Assembly: GCA_038203565.1 (NCBI GenBank)
Contig: JBBRDV010000012.1
Location: 1-30,473, forward strand
From: Atribacterota bacterium
GTDB taxonomy: Bacteria; Atribacterota; Phoenicimicrobiia; Phoenicimicrobiales; Phoenicimicrobiaceae
Direction: 5' to 3'
DNA: 30,473 bases
Part shown: one piece after another, positions 1 to 9,698 of the stretch
Layout: each line of letters starts with the position of its first letter
How positions within the stretch are numbered: the first letter of the stretch is position 1
The notes under the pieces: generated by a model
What the model saw: only the letters and a program-made list of their open reading frames with translations
The model's database searches: none
What the model was told of the DNA's origin: nothing
Position numbers and translations under genes: made by a program

Positions 1-48
1 CAAGATTTAAAAGAAGATTTTAAGAGATTAAAAGAGAAGGTAGTATAG
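1..48 (+). CDS. 3' end of an upstream gene (partial, unknown function)
   Basis: Frame 1 reads QDLKEDFKRLKEKVV* with TAG at 46-48, 1 nt before the ATG at 50. Confidence 0.5.
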   Translation, partial: QDLKEDFKRLKEKVV

Positions 49-49
49 A

Positions 50-2456
50 ATGGTGTTAAAAGAGGTTTTAGATATCGAAAGATTAAAAGAATATTTAGAT
101 TTAATCATAAAGAGGAATACGGAAAAACAAAATCTTATCGGTTGGGTATTAGCCAAAGATATTCAGCGAAGGAAATTATTAGAAATTGGTGCTAAATATT
201 TCCTGCCGTTACTCAAGCCATTTTACTTGAATCAGTCTGTGAACAGCTGCCGATTTTCATCGAACCAGGAGAGATTTTTGCTGGAACAGAAGAAGATGCT
301 TTTTCAGCAAGTTATGCCTTAATTAACCCTGCTTTTCGGATAGAAAGTTTCCAGGGGTATAATGATGAGATGGCTTTCTATGATGATGTAAAAGCAGGTG
401 AGAAAATTTCTGATATTGAAATAACCGAGCAAATGATTGAGAATAACCGAATATTCTGGAGCAGGCACCCCTCTGTAATAAAGATAAGAGATATATATAA
501 AGACACTGGAAACCAAACTAAAGAAGCAGTATATTTTGTGGAAAGGGTTACTGGTCATACCATTCCTGGTTTTGAGGAGGTTCTGGAAAAAGGATTAGAA
601 AATATAATTATAGAATTAAAACAAAATAAAAAAAACTTCCGGATAAGAGCGATTATTTTGACAGTATGATAAAGACTTTACAATCGGCTATAATTTTAGC
701 TGACCGTTATAGTAAATTGGCCTGGCAAAAGTCTGAACAGGAAAAGGACCCGACAAGGAAGAAAGAATTACAATTAATAGAAAAGACCTGTCATAAAATC
801 CCTGGTCAAGGTGCAGAAAATTTATATGAAGCCTTACAATCTTATATTTTGCTCTGGCAGGTGATGAATTTGGAACAACTTCCTAATCCTTACGCCTTTT
901 CCGTGGGGAATTTGGATAGGATAATGCAGCCCTATTATAAGAGAAGTAAGATTTCTAAAAAATTAGCAGTGCAATTGATACGCCATTTTTTGGCCTTTTT
1001 TGAAGTGGGAGATAGAGATTGGGCTATTTCTCAGAATATTATGGTAGGCGGCTCAGAGGTTAAAGGTAATGATTTATCCAATGATATGACTTATATTATA
1101 TTAGAGGCTTATCACCAGTCCAATCGACCTCAGCCGAATTTTTTAGTTAGGATGCATTCTCATACACCGTTTAAATTTTATCGGGCAATATCAAAATTTA
1201 TGTTTAATTTTGGACATAGTTCGCCTTCTTTTCTTAATGATATAGCAGTATTTTCTGCCTTAAAGGAGAAAGGTATTGCCGAAGAGGAATTAAAAGATTA
1301 TGCTCTTGCCGGTTGTCAGGAACCCTTAATTAAAGGCAAAGAGACCGGGAACACCACCAATAGCTGGTTGAATCTGGCTAAAGTTTTAGAAATTTCTTTA
1401 AATGATGGGTATTCATTAATTACCGGAGAAAAGTTAGGTCCTTCTTATGAAGAATTGGGGTTGAAAGAGAATCCCTTTAATTCTTTTACGGAAACAAAAA
1501 AAATTTATTATCGCTATCTGAATTTTTTTATTGAGAAGATGGTGCAGGCAGCCAATAAATGTACTGAGGCCCTTTCTTTATTACCGGTTCCTTTTGCTTC
1601 TGCTTTTATGGGTGGAGGAGAGACTGGAATCGATATGAGAGATTGCAATAGCGGTCTGGGGACAAAATATAATGCTTCTGGCTGCTTGATTCATGGCTTA
1701 GGGGCCCCTGCTGATTCCTTGGCTGTGATCAAATATCTCTTCGATTCTGATTCTAAAATAATATTTTCCCTGAGTGATTTGATTGCTGCCCTGAAGAGAA
1801 ATTTTGAAGGATTTGAAGAATTGCGAAATATTATCCAAAAAGTTCCCAAATTTGGGAATAATATTCTTTATGCTGATAAAGAAGCAGTAGAATTAGTAAA
1901 GATAGTTAGTGAAAAAATTAATCGGCAAAAAAATCCCTTCGGTAAGAATTTTGCTGCTGATTGGAGCAGTCCCAGTACTAATCTACTTTATGGATACTGG
2001 ACCGCAGCTACGCCTGACGGAAGAAAAGTGCGGGAAGATTTAAGCTTTGGTCTTGATCCTTCTCCGGGGATGGCTACCAATGGTCTTTTAACCAGAATTC
2101 TTTCTCAATCAAAATTAAATTATGAAATTATGACCGGTGGTTCGGCAGCAGCGATGAGTATTAACCCGGAAAATATTAAAGGAATGAATTTAAAACAAAA
2201 AGCCCAATACCTTAAGGATATTATCAGCGCTATTTTTAATTATTCTGCTGAAGGTAAAGGGCAAGGATTGGGTTATGTTTATTTTAATGTATTTTCTTCT
2301 GAACAATTATTAGATGTAGCTGAACACCCCGAGAAGTATCCTTATCCGGTTATAGTAAGAATTCACGGCCAATATGGTGATGCCCGAAAATTATCTCCCG
2401 ATATTTTAAAAAAGGACATTATCCCTCGCTTAGATCCGGGGTCAGTTTCTTTTTAA
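50..2456 (+). pseudogene. Glycyl radical enzyme (PFL/PflD-like superfamily), split by two -1 frameshifts; about 802 aa when rejoined
   Basis: Frame 2 from 50 joins frame 1 near 196-200 (FPAVTQAILLESVCEQLPIFIEPGEIFAG, GRE N-terminal pattern) and runs on through ORF 370-669 (VTGHTIPGFEEVLEKGL). An A8 run at 628-635 shifts to frame 3 (KLPDKSDYFDSMIKTLQSAIILADRY). Cys loop AGCQEP, PKFGNN, ATPDGR and C-terminal VRIHGQY are present. Confidence 0.85.
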
Positions 2457-3240
2457 GAAATATTTACTTTAATCCCTTTGCTTTTTATTATCTTAGCTAA
2501 GGCTGTCATCTTTCGATTAGAAGGAGGCATAAGATGTAACAAAGGATAGTCTTTTCCTAATGCTTTCCATTTATAGATCCCTTGTCTTCCATACTTTAAC
2601 AGTTCTACCTTGAGTCCGTCTTTCATAGGAGAAAGAAAATTGGCAATTTCTTGAAAATTCTCTTCTGAATCATTATGTCCCGGGATAACAGGAATTTCTA
2701 TCCATAAATCTTTTCCAACCTCATAGGTTTTTTTGATGTTATACAATATTTGTCTATTATCTTTCCCCACCAATTTCTGGTGTCTTTGTGGATTTATATG
2801 TTTTATATCACAGAAAATTAAATCCAGATAGGGGAGGGATTTAATAAACTGAGGAGATGAACCGTTGGTTTCAACTGCAGTAGAAAAATTAAAATATTTA
2901 AGACCTTTAAGAAGTTCAAAATAGAAATTCCATTGGGCGGTGGTTCTCCTCCAGAAAGAGTTACTCCATAGGGAAGATTGTCTTTGGAAAATCTTTGGTA
3001 AGGTAAGATTTCTTGAATAAATTCTTCTACGGTAACTTCCTTACCAATAATTTCTTTAGAGCCATCTTCGTAGGTTAATTCGGTCTTTCCGAAGGGTATG
3101 CTTTCCGGGCTGCCACACCAGGGACAGCAGAAGTTACGGCCTTTGAAATAGACAATACTTCTCCATCCCGGGCCTTCTTTTGAGGCACCAGGTTTTATAT
3201 TTATAATAATACCTTTAGCATTTTCTTTATATTTATTCAT
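2453..3240 (-). pseudogene. Glycyl-radical activating enzyme (radical SAM, short PflA type), frameshifted; about 262 aa when rejoined
   Basis: EGPGWRSIVYFKG-RNFCCPWC-GSPES and GVTLSGGEP; a 1-nt shift near 2940-2944 restores TAQWNFYFELLK...TAVETNG...LDLIFCDIKH, continuing into ORF 2453-2773 (IPVIPGHND, VELLKY, KWKALG). Confidence 0.88.
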
Positions 3241-3355
3241 CAGAGTTCCTTTTTATTTTAATTGCCTAAATTTTAGTATATTATTTTACTTTTATCAAAA
3301 AAATATTTATTTTTCTTCCGGATGTTTTAAAAAATATTAGTATTTTACTTTTAAT

Positions 3356-3385
3356 AAAAGAGGATTTTTTAATATTTTTCAGAAT
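3356..3385 (+). promoter_or_regulatory. Putative sigma-H-type promoter (AGGA-N17-GAAT)
   Basis: aaaagAGGAtttt...caGAATa matches the B. subtilis sigH consensus; the same 13-mer and spacing recur at 6742-6771. Confidence 0.5.
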
Positions 3386-3590
3386 ATAACCTATGTGTAG
3401 AAAGCGCACAAAAAGGAGCCTGTTGGATATCAACAAAGTGATTTAACCAGTAAAACAGGGCTTTGTTCTTTGATACAAAATAATTTATTTGAAGATTAAC
3501 TTTTTATCAAAAAAATAATTTGCTTTAATAGTTTTAATTGATTAAAATGATAAAAAACTTATTTTTAATTATTGGAAAGGACGGGTAAAT

Positions 3591-3749
3591 ATGGTGGATA
3601 GAGCAAAAGTTTATTTCACAGATTTAAGGGCGAAACCAGGAAAGAATTTGCTAGATAAATTAAAAAAATTAGTTTTAGAGGCCGGGATTAAAGAGATTGA
3701 TTTTCATGTTCACATTGATACCAAAATTCTTTTCTTTATATTTTGTTAG
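3591..3749 (+). pseudogene. Truncated N-terminal fragment of a DUF362-family Fe-S protein
   Basis: MVDRAKVYFTDLRAKPGKNLLDKLKKLVLEAGIKEIDF resembles the DUF362 N-terminus; RBS-like aaggacgg upstream; similarity ends near 3704 and the frame stops after 52 aa. Confidence 0.7.
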
Positions 3750-3763
3750 GACAGGAGACAAGT

Positions 3764-4411
3764 ATGTTTAAGGATTTTAAAGATACACTAATAATTCTGG
3801 TAAGACATGGAGAATGTGAAGGGAATATTAGGGGGATGTTTAGAGGGAGGACAGACTTCCCTTTAAATAAAAGAGGGCTTATTCAAGCCCAAGATTTAGC
3901 TCGGGAATTGAAAAATTTTCCTCTTAAACATATTTATACCAGCCCCCTGTCTCGAGCCAGGCAGACGGCAGAGGCGATTAGCCGACAATGTAGGGTGGAA
4001 GTTAAGATAGAAGAGCGATTTAACAATATCGAATTAGGGAGCTGGGAAGGACATTATAAGAAAGAAATTGAAGAACAATATCCTGAGGAATGGAAACTCT
4101 GGGTGGGTAATCCCGAGAAACTTCAAGTAGAGGATATGGAGACTCTTTATGAGGTACAGAAGAGGGCTAAGACCTGTCTGGATAACTTGGTTTCCAAGCA
4201 TAAAGGAGAGACTTTAGCCGTAGTTTCTCACCGGGCAGTGCTCAAGCCTCTTATAGCTGCCTGCCTGAATATCGCCTCACCCTATTTTTGGAGGATTCAT
4301 TTAGATACTGCTTCTTACAGTCTTCTTTCTTATAAAGAAGGCAGAGGATATTGTCTAATACAATTGAATCAAACTAAACATTTAAAAGAATATGTTATCG
4401 AGTGGATATAA
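3764..4411 (+). CDS. Histidine phosphatase family protein (phosphoglycerate mutase/CobC/PhoE-like)
   Basis: RHG motif, SPLSRARQTA, ELGSWEG, VVSH; AGGAG RBS before ATG 3764. Confidence 0.9.
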   Translation: MFKDFKDTLIILVRHGECEGNIRGMFRGRTDFPLNKRGLIQAQDLARELKNFPLKHIYTSPLSRARQTAEAISRQCRVEVKIEERFNNIELGSWEGHYKKEIEEQYPEEWKLWVGNPEKLQVEDMETLYEVQKRAKTCLDNLVSKHKGETLAVVSHRAVLKPLIAACLNIASPYFWRIHLDTASYSLLSYKEGRGYCLIQLNQTKHLKEYVIEWI

Positions 4412-4420
4412 AAAAGAAAA

Positions 4421-5323
4421 ATGAAAATTAATTCTAGTAAACCAATAACTCAAAAATATAAAACATATATTGGATATTTAGAAGGTACCGTATCTGTTAT
4501 TATGAATACTATTCTTTTTGGCTTAAAATACTGGGTAGGAATTAGGACTTTTTCTATAGCCATAATTGCCGATGCCTGGCACACTCTCTCGGACACCCTT
4601 ACTTCCCTGGTGGTTATTATAGGTTTCAAAGTGTCATCCAAGCCAGCTGATAAGAAACACCCCTTTGGTCATGGTAGAGCAGAGGTGATTAGTTCTATTA
4701 TCATAGGAACTTTGCTACTTGTTGTAGGTATTAATTTCTTATTTGCATCAATTCATAGATTTAGAAATCAACAATCCGCCTCTTTCGAGATGCTTGCAAT
4801 TATAATGTTTACTATTTCAGTAATAGTAAAAGAAGGATTAGCTCAATATTCTTTTCGGCTCGGGAAAAAAATTAATTCCCAATCACTTAAAGCAGATGGT
4901 TGGCATCATAGAAGTGATGCAATAGTCTCTATGATGATTTTGGTAGGGATCTTTGTAGGAGATTATTTCTGGTGGATAGATAGTATAATGGGTATCTTAG
5001 TATCTTTAATGATATTTTATACTACTTATATAATTTTAAAAGAATCAATAAGTACTTTAATTGGAGAAGAACCGAATGAGACTTTTAAAGCAGATATTAA
5101 AAAAATTGTAACTCGGAGTATTTCTCACGATGTTAGCTTACACCATTTACATTCTCATATATATGGAGATAGCAAAGAATTAACCTTTCATATAAGATTG
5201 CCTGCAGATATGAAATTAGAAGAAGCTCACAAAATAGCAGAAAAGTTGGAAAAAGAGATAAAAAATGAAATGGATATTGATACTACCATCCATATAGAAC
5301 CAATTATCCCAATAAAAAGATAA
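4421..5323 (+). CDS. Cation diffusion facilitator (CDF) transporter, FieF-like
   Basis: ADAWHTLSD, KPADKKHPFGHGRAE, ADGWHHRSD, C-terminal EAH...IHIEP. Confidence 0.93.
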   Translation: MKINSSKPITQKYKTYIGYLEGTVSVIMNTILFGLKYWVGIRTFSIAIIADAWHTLSDTLTSLVVIIGFKVSSKPADKKHPFGHGRAEVISSIIIGTLLLVVGINFLFASIHRFRNQQSASFEMLAIIMFTISVIVKEGLAQYSFRLGKKINSQSLKADGWHHRSDAIVSMMILVGIFVGDYFWWIDSIMGILVSLMIFYTTYIILKESISTLIGEEPNETFKADIKKIVTRSISHDVSLHHLHSHIYGDSKELTFHIRLPADMKLEEAHKIAEKLEKEIKNEMDIDTTIHIEPIIPIKR

Positions 5324-5375
5324 AATGTAACCAAAATATATCTATGTATAAGGTATTAATCGAGCTTTACCAACC

Positions 5376-5410
5376 GTAGTAGCGGAGGACACGACAAGCC
5401 GTGTCCCTAT
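5376..5410. repeat. Degenerate GTAG-type REP-like palindrome
   Basis: Hairpin ggacacg-acaagc-cgtgtcc (5387-5406) followed by cta and preceded by gtag; GC-rich patch in an AT-rich spacer. Confidence 0.45.
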
Positions 5411-5451
5411 AGGAAAGGCCAAGTATTAAAAAAATTAGAAAGGAAAAGAGT

Positions 5452-6657
5452 TTGAAGTTAAGATATAAGATTTTCACCATTTTTTTCTCCATACTGATAT
5501 TCACTTCTCTTTTAATTTGTATAGCCGGTGCCAGTACAGATATCCGGGAAGTGATAAATCAGTTCCCGGGATTTTCGGGAGTTCTGATAAAAGACTTAAA
5601 CACTCAGGAAGTACTATTTTCTCATAATGAAGATAAACTTTTCACCCCGGCATCTCTTACTAAAATATTTACCCTGCTTTCCGCTCTAGGAATCTTAGGT
5701 GAGGAGTATGTTTATCAGACTTCCTTTTACTTTTCCAGCACTGTTCCCGGAGAGATAAACGGAGACCTGTATATAGTAGGCAGCGGAGACCCCACTCAGC
5801 CCCCGGAAGTAATCAGAAAGATAGCAGATGATCTGGTGCAAAAGTTTAGTATCAGGCATATCTCTGGAGATATTGTATTGGATAATTCAAAGTTCTTGCC
5901 CGAAGAGTTTTTAGGAAGGGGATGGATGTGGGATGATAAAAATCCCCTGATCGGAGCATTAACTGTAACGGGATATAAAGTCAAGGAAAAACAGAATTCT
6001 TATCTTGATACTATGCCTTTTCTTTGGGGAAATATTTTTTCTCAAGAACTATCTAAAAAAGGAGTCAAGATAAAAGGGAATATTCGGATTGGAAAAACCC
6101 CAGAGGATCTAAAAGTAAAGTATATTTATTATTCTGATACTCTGGATAAAATACTGGTTTATATGATGAAAAAGAGCGATAATCAAAGTGCTGAAAATAT
6201 TTTTCGTACTCTGGCTCAGAAGAATAATTCTGGAGAGGCATCTACTATTGCTCGGGCTATTGCCTCTTTAGAAGAAGTTATTGGTACAGCTCTGGGTTTA
6301 GAATGGGGAAAAGATTACATTCTAGTGGACGGCTGTGGTCTGTCTGAATATAATCTTACGACCCCTGCCCATCTGGTTAAAGCAATTACTTACCTTTACC
6401 AGAAATACGACTTTAAGATACTGGATTATTTTGCCAGTACCAAAGAAAAAGGGACTTTAAAAGAACGTCAACCTTTTCAGGTATGGGGCAAGACTGGCAC
6501 TTTATCCTCGGCTTCAGCACTGGCTGGCTTATTACAGACCAAAAATATGAGATGGGTAGTTTTTTGTCTTATGGAAAATAATTTTATATTTATAGAAGAT
6601 GAGAATGACCCCAAAACTTTTGAAAACAGAATAATAGAATACATCTACAATTTGTAG
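5452..6657 (+). CDS. dacB: D-alanyl-D-alanine carboxypeptidase/endopeptidase (peptidase S13, PBP4)
   Basis: Signal peptide; SxxK (PASLTK), GSGDP, SxN (SDN), DGCGLS, KTG. Confidence 0.9.
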   Translation: MKLRYKIFTIFFSILIFTSLLICIAGASTDIREVINQFPGFSGVLIKDLNTQEVLFSHNEDKLFTPASLTKIFTLLSALGILGEEYVYQTSFYFSSTVPGEINGDLYIVGSGDPTQPPEVIRKIADDLVQKFSIRHISGDIVLDNSKFLPEEFLGRGWMWDDKNPLIGALTVTGYKVKEKQNSYLDTMPFLWGNIFSQELSKKGVKIKGNIRIGKTPEDLKVKYIYYSDTLDKILVYMMKKSDNQSAENIFRTLAQKNNSGEASTIARAIASLEEVIGTALGLEWGKDYILVDGCGLSEYNLTTPAHLVKAITYLYQKYDFKILDYFASTKEKGTLKERQPFQVWGKTGTLSSASALAGLLQTKNMRWVVFCLMENNFIFIEDENDPKTFENRIIEYIYNL

Positions 6658-6741
6658 CATTACAGCGTGCTGCGCTTTAATGTGCTTGATTTAAGATAAA
6701 GTAATGAAAATAAATAAATAATCGACAAAAATTACACATAA

Positions 6742-6771
6742 AAAAGAGGATTTTGTAAAGTAATGTAGAAT
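6742..6771 (+). promoter_or_regulatory. Putative sigma-H-type promoter upstream of the lytic transglycosylase
   Basis: aaaagAGGAtttt...gtaGAATa with 17 nt between AGGA and GAAT. Confidence 0.5.
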
Positions 6772-6881
6772 ACTAATATATAAAGGTCAAATACTTGAGC
6801 GATATTCACATTATAAAAATCATGTTTGTCGAATATCTGTATAAAAATTAAAATGAAAATAAGGGCGGATAAGCGGATAAA

Positions 6882-9185
6882 ATGAAAACTGCAATGATAT
6901 TTTTTTTAATAATAATTTTAACCATCAGTTTAATGGGAGCAGATATTGCTTTGGCCAGTAATAATGAATTGACTGAACTTGAAGCCCAGCAGCTGAAGAT
7001 ATTAAAGCTTTCCAAAGTAGTAGAAGAACAACCTTCAAATATTAAACTAAAAGAAGACATAGAAAACTATAAGGTGGGATTGGAATTATACCAACAGAGC
7101 AATTACCAGCAAGCCATTTCCAAATTGCTAAAGGCAAAATATCCCACCCTAAATTTACCTTTTTATATTAAATCCCAACTCATATTAGGGGACTGTTATA
7201 GAAAAATTGAAGATTGGGATAGTGCGATAGAAGTTTATAAAAACTTAGTAATAGATGACCCTATTTTGACTGATTATTCCCTCTTTTTTCTGGCTGAAAC
7301 CTATAGATTTAAAGGTGAAAATCACGAATCTATAGCTGCTTATAAACGAATGATAGAGAATTTCCCTCAAAATCTGATTATTTCAGAAGCCAATTACCAG
7401 ATAGCTCAAAATTATCGCGAATTAAAAGATATAAATTCTGCTCTAATTTATTATAAAAATATCTTAAAAGATTCACAGGATGACCAGCTTAAAGGAAAGG
7501 TTTTGCTTGAGCTTTCTGAGATATACTGGCAAGAAAAAAAATATATTGATTCTCTTAACTGTTTATATGAGATATTGGATGAAGGTTATAAACTTGAAAG
7601 GAATTCAGAACCAGAAGAGTTATTGGTTAGATATTTTAATAAGATTCAAGAAGATATAAAAGATATACAGGTTCCTTACCCTATAATGGTAAAATGTGCC
7701 GATATTTTATTTAAATATCGGCAGTATAGTTTAGCCGAGGATTTATATGGCGAAATCATTGAAACCTTTCCCCAGGCCTCCGATATTGCAGAAATTTATT
7801 ATAAAAAGGCAAGGTCTTTATATTACAAAAAGGAATATAAGGAAGCCTTTGATCAGTGTGAGGAGATTATCCTAAAATTCCCCTCTGGAGAAATTGTTAT
7901 TAAAGCAAATTATCTTGGCGGCAACTCTCTGCGTACTTTGGGTGAGCGTTATTTGGCGATAGATAGGTATGAAAAAATTATTGAACAATATCCTGAAAGC
8001 TATTATGCCCGACAAGCTTATCTGCGTCTGGTAGAATCTTATTTTCAGTTGAAAGAAACAGAGAAGGGGATTTCTCTATGGAAAGAATTGATCAGTAAAT
8101 ATCCTGATAGCGATGAATCAAAAACTGCTCTATGGGATTTAGCTCGATACTATAACAACAATAATGCTGATTCTCAGGCGTTAGATTACTACCGAGAATT
8201 ATCAGATAGATTTTCTCAAAGTAATTTGGGGGATGATGCCTTATACTGGAGAGGAAAAATTTTAGAAAGTATAGGTTCAGATGAAGAGTCAAAAATTGTC
8301 TACGAAAAACTTATTCGGGAATATCCTTTGAGTTATTATACTGAAAGAATTACAGAACAGAGAAGCGATATTAGCTTTATTTGGCCTGCTTTTGTCTCTG
8401 AGACAGAAGATTTTATAGATTTAGAGGAATTTTTTAAAAAGTATGATAAAATTGAGGGGAAAGGTCAGCTGTCATTACTTAAAGCAGAATTATTTGAAGA
8501 GATTAGTTTTTATAAAGAGGCAATAGTTGAATTAAAGGGAAGCTTAAATTACTATTCCGGAAACCTCTTTTTATTATTTAAGCTAAGTGATATTTATAAA
8601 AAGAATAAGGATTATTACGATTCTTTAAATTATACAGAAATAATTTTTAATTATTTAGAAGATAATCATCAATTAGAGGAATTACCCCTTGAATTATGGG
8701 AACACCTTTACCCGGCTTATTTTGAAGATATGATTAGAGAATATGCCTTAAAATATGAAATAGACCCCTTACTCGCCCTGGCTATGATAAGAGAGGAGAG
8801 TCGATTTAATGCTTGGAATGAATCTGTGGCTGGAGCTCGAGGATTGATGCAGATAATCTTTTCTACCGGAGAATGGATTGCCCAAAAGTTAAATTTTGAA
8901 GATTTCAATGGTGAAATGCTCTTTGACCCCGAGAATAACATTAATTTGGGTTGCTGGTATATCGGTTATCTAAAAGAAAGATTTTTAAATGACCCTATTT
9001 TAATAATTTCGGGTTATAATGCCGGCCCAGGCACAACCAGTAAATGGTTAGAGCAATATGATAGATCTGACCTGGATAATTTTGTGGAAAATATTCCCTA
9101 TTCTGAGACCAGAGAGCATATAAAAAAAGTAATGAAATCTTACCAGATGTACAAAAGATTGGCGCAGGTTTTAAGCGAAGGGTAG
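6882..9185 (+). CDS. slt: TPR-repeat soluble lytic transglycosylase (Slt-type)
   Basis: Signal peptide, many TPR-like repeats, C-terminal SLT domain IREESRF / GARGLMQI / YNAG / IPYSETREH. Confidence 0.9.
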   Translation: MKTAMIFFLIIILTISLMGADIALASNNELTELEAQQLKILKLSKVVEEQPSNIKLKEDIENYKVGLELYQQSNYQQAISKLLKAKYPTLNLPFYIKSQLILGDCYRKIEDWDSAIEVYKNLVIDDPILTDYSLFFLAETYRFKGENHESIAAYKRMIENFPQNLIISEANYQIAQNYRELKDINSALIYYKNILKDSQDDQLKGKVLLELSEIYWQEKKYIDSLNCLYEILDEGYKLERNSEPEELLVRYFNKIQEDIKDIQVPYPIMVKCADILFKYRQYSLAEDLYGEIIETFPQASDIAEIYYKKARSLYYKKEYKEAFDQCEEIILKFPSGEIVIKANYLGGNSLRTLGERYLAIDRYEKIIEQYPESYYARQAYLRLVESYFQLKETEKGISLWKELISKYPDSDESKTALWDLARYYNNNNADSQALDYYRELSDRFSQSNLGDDALYWRGKILESIGSDEESKIVYEKLIREYPLSYYTERITEQRSDISFIWPAFVSETEDFIDLEEFFKKYDKIEGKGQLSLLKAELFEEISFYKEAIVELKGSLNYYSGNLFLLFKLSDIYKKNKDYYDSLNYTEIIFNYLEDNHQLEELPLELWEHLYPAYFEDMIREYALKYEIDPLLALAMIREESRFNAWNESVAGARGLMQIIFSTGEWIAQKLNFEDFNGEMLFDPENNINLGCWYIGYLKERFLNDPILIISGYNAGPGTTSKWLEQYDRSDLDNFVENIPYSETREHIKKVMKSYQMYKRLAQVLSEG

Positions 9186-9249
9186 ATGAAATGGTTTTGT
9201 TGAACTAAAAAAAGGAGGTAGAAGTTCGATACGGCGAACTTAAGAACAA

Positions 9250-9582
9250 ATGACGAGTAAAGTAAAAGCTCAACTTTTTTGTCTTCACTGTAACAAAGAA
9301 ACCAATCATGCCATTACCTATAAAGGTGAATATTTAGAAGATATTAAGTGTAGTATTTGCGGAAACGAAATTAGAATTAACCGGGAAAAATTATTAGAAA
9401 CTTACACTGCGGATTTTATAGATAGAGTGTTAACCAAGCCTCAACGAATAACTGAGGAGATAAAAAAAGATCTATCTCATTTTCTAAAGTCTATGCCCAT
9501 CAGAATTTTGACTAAGCCTTATCGGGTTGCCCGGGAGATAGGAGATATGCTGCATAAAGAAAAGGATAAAAGCGGAAGGTGA
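9250..9582 (+). CDS. Conserved hypothetical protein with Zn-ribbon (CLHC...CSIC)
   Basis: 110-aa ORF with two CxxC pairs and repeated R(V/I)LTKP motif. Confidence 0.75.
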   Translation: MTSKVKAQLFCLHCNKETNHAITYKGEYLEDIKCSICGNEIRINREKLLETYTADFIDRVLTKPQRITEEIKKDLSHFLKSMPIRILTKPYRVAREIGDMLHKEKDKSGR

Positions 9583-9587
9583 AAAAT

Positions 9588-9661
9588 TAATTAGCCAATT
9601 GGCCAATTATTTAGTCGATATAAAAAAAATTGACAAAGTTAGTAAAAAACAATAATATAAT
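9588..9661 (+). promoter_or_regulatory. 22-bp imperfect palindrome plus sigma70-type promoter
   Basis: taattagccaattggccaatta (9588-9609, one mismatched pair); TTGACA 9630-9635 with TAATAT at 17-nt spacing. Confidence 0.5.
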
Positions 9662-9698
9662 ATAGAAAAATCAGCATAAATCAAGGAAGGTTTAGGAG

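Noticed and set aside
319..558. Minus-strand 79-aa ORF
   Set aside because: Antisense shadow of the GRE gene with no motifs
3390..3470. Small hairpins (tgtgt/gcaca, tgttg/caaca, gcctgtt/aacaggg) as a possible riboswitch
   Set aside because: No match to a riboswitch consensus I recognise; an Rfam search would be needed
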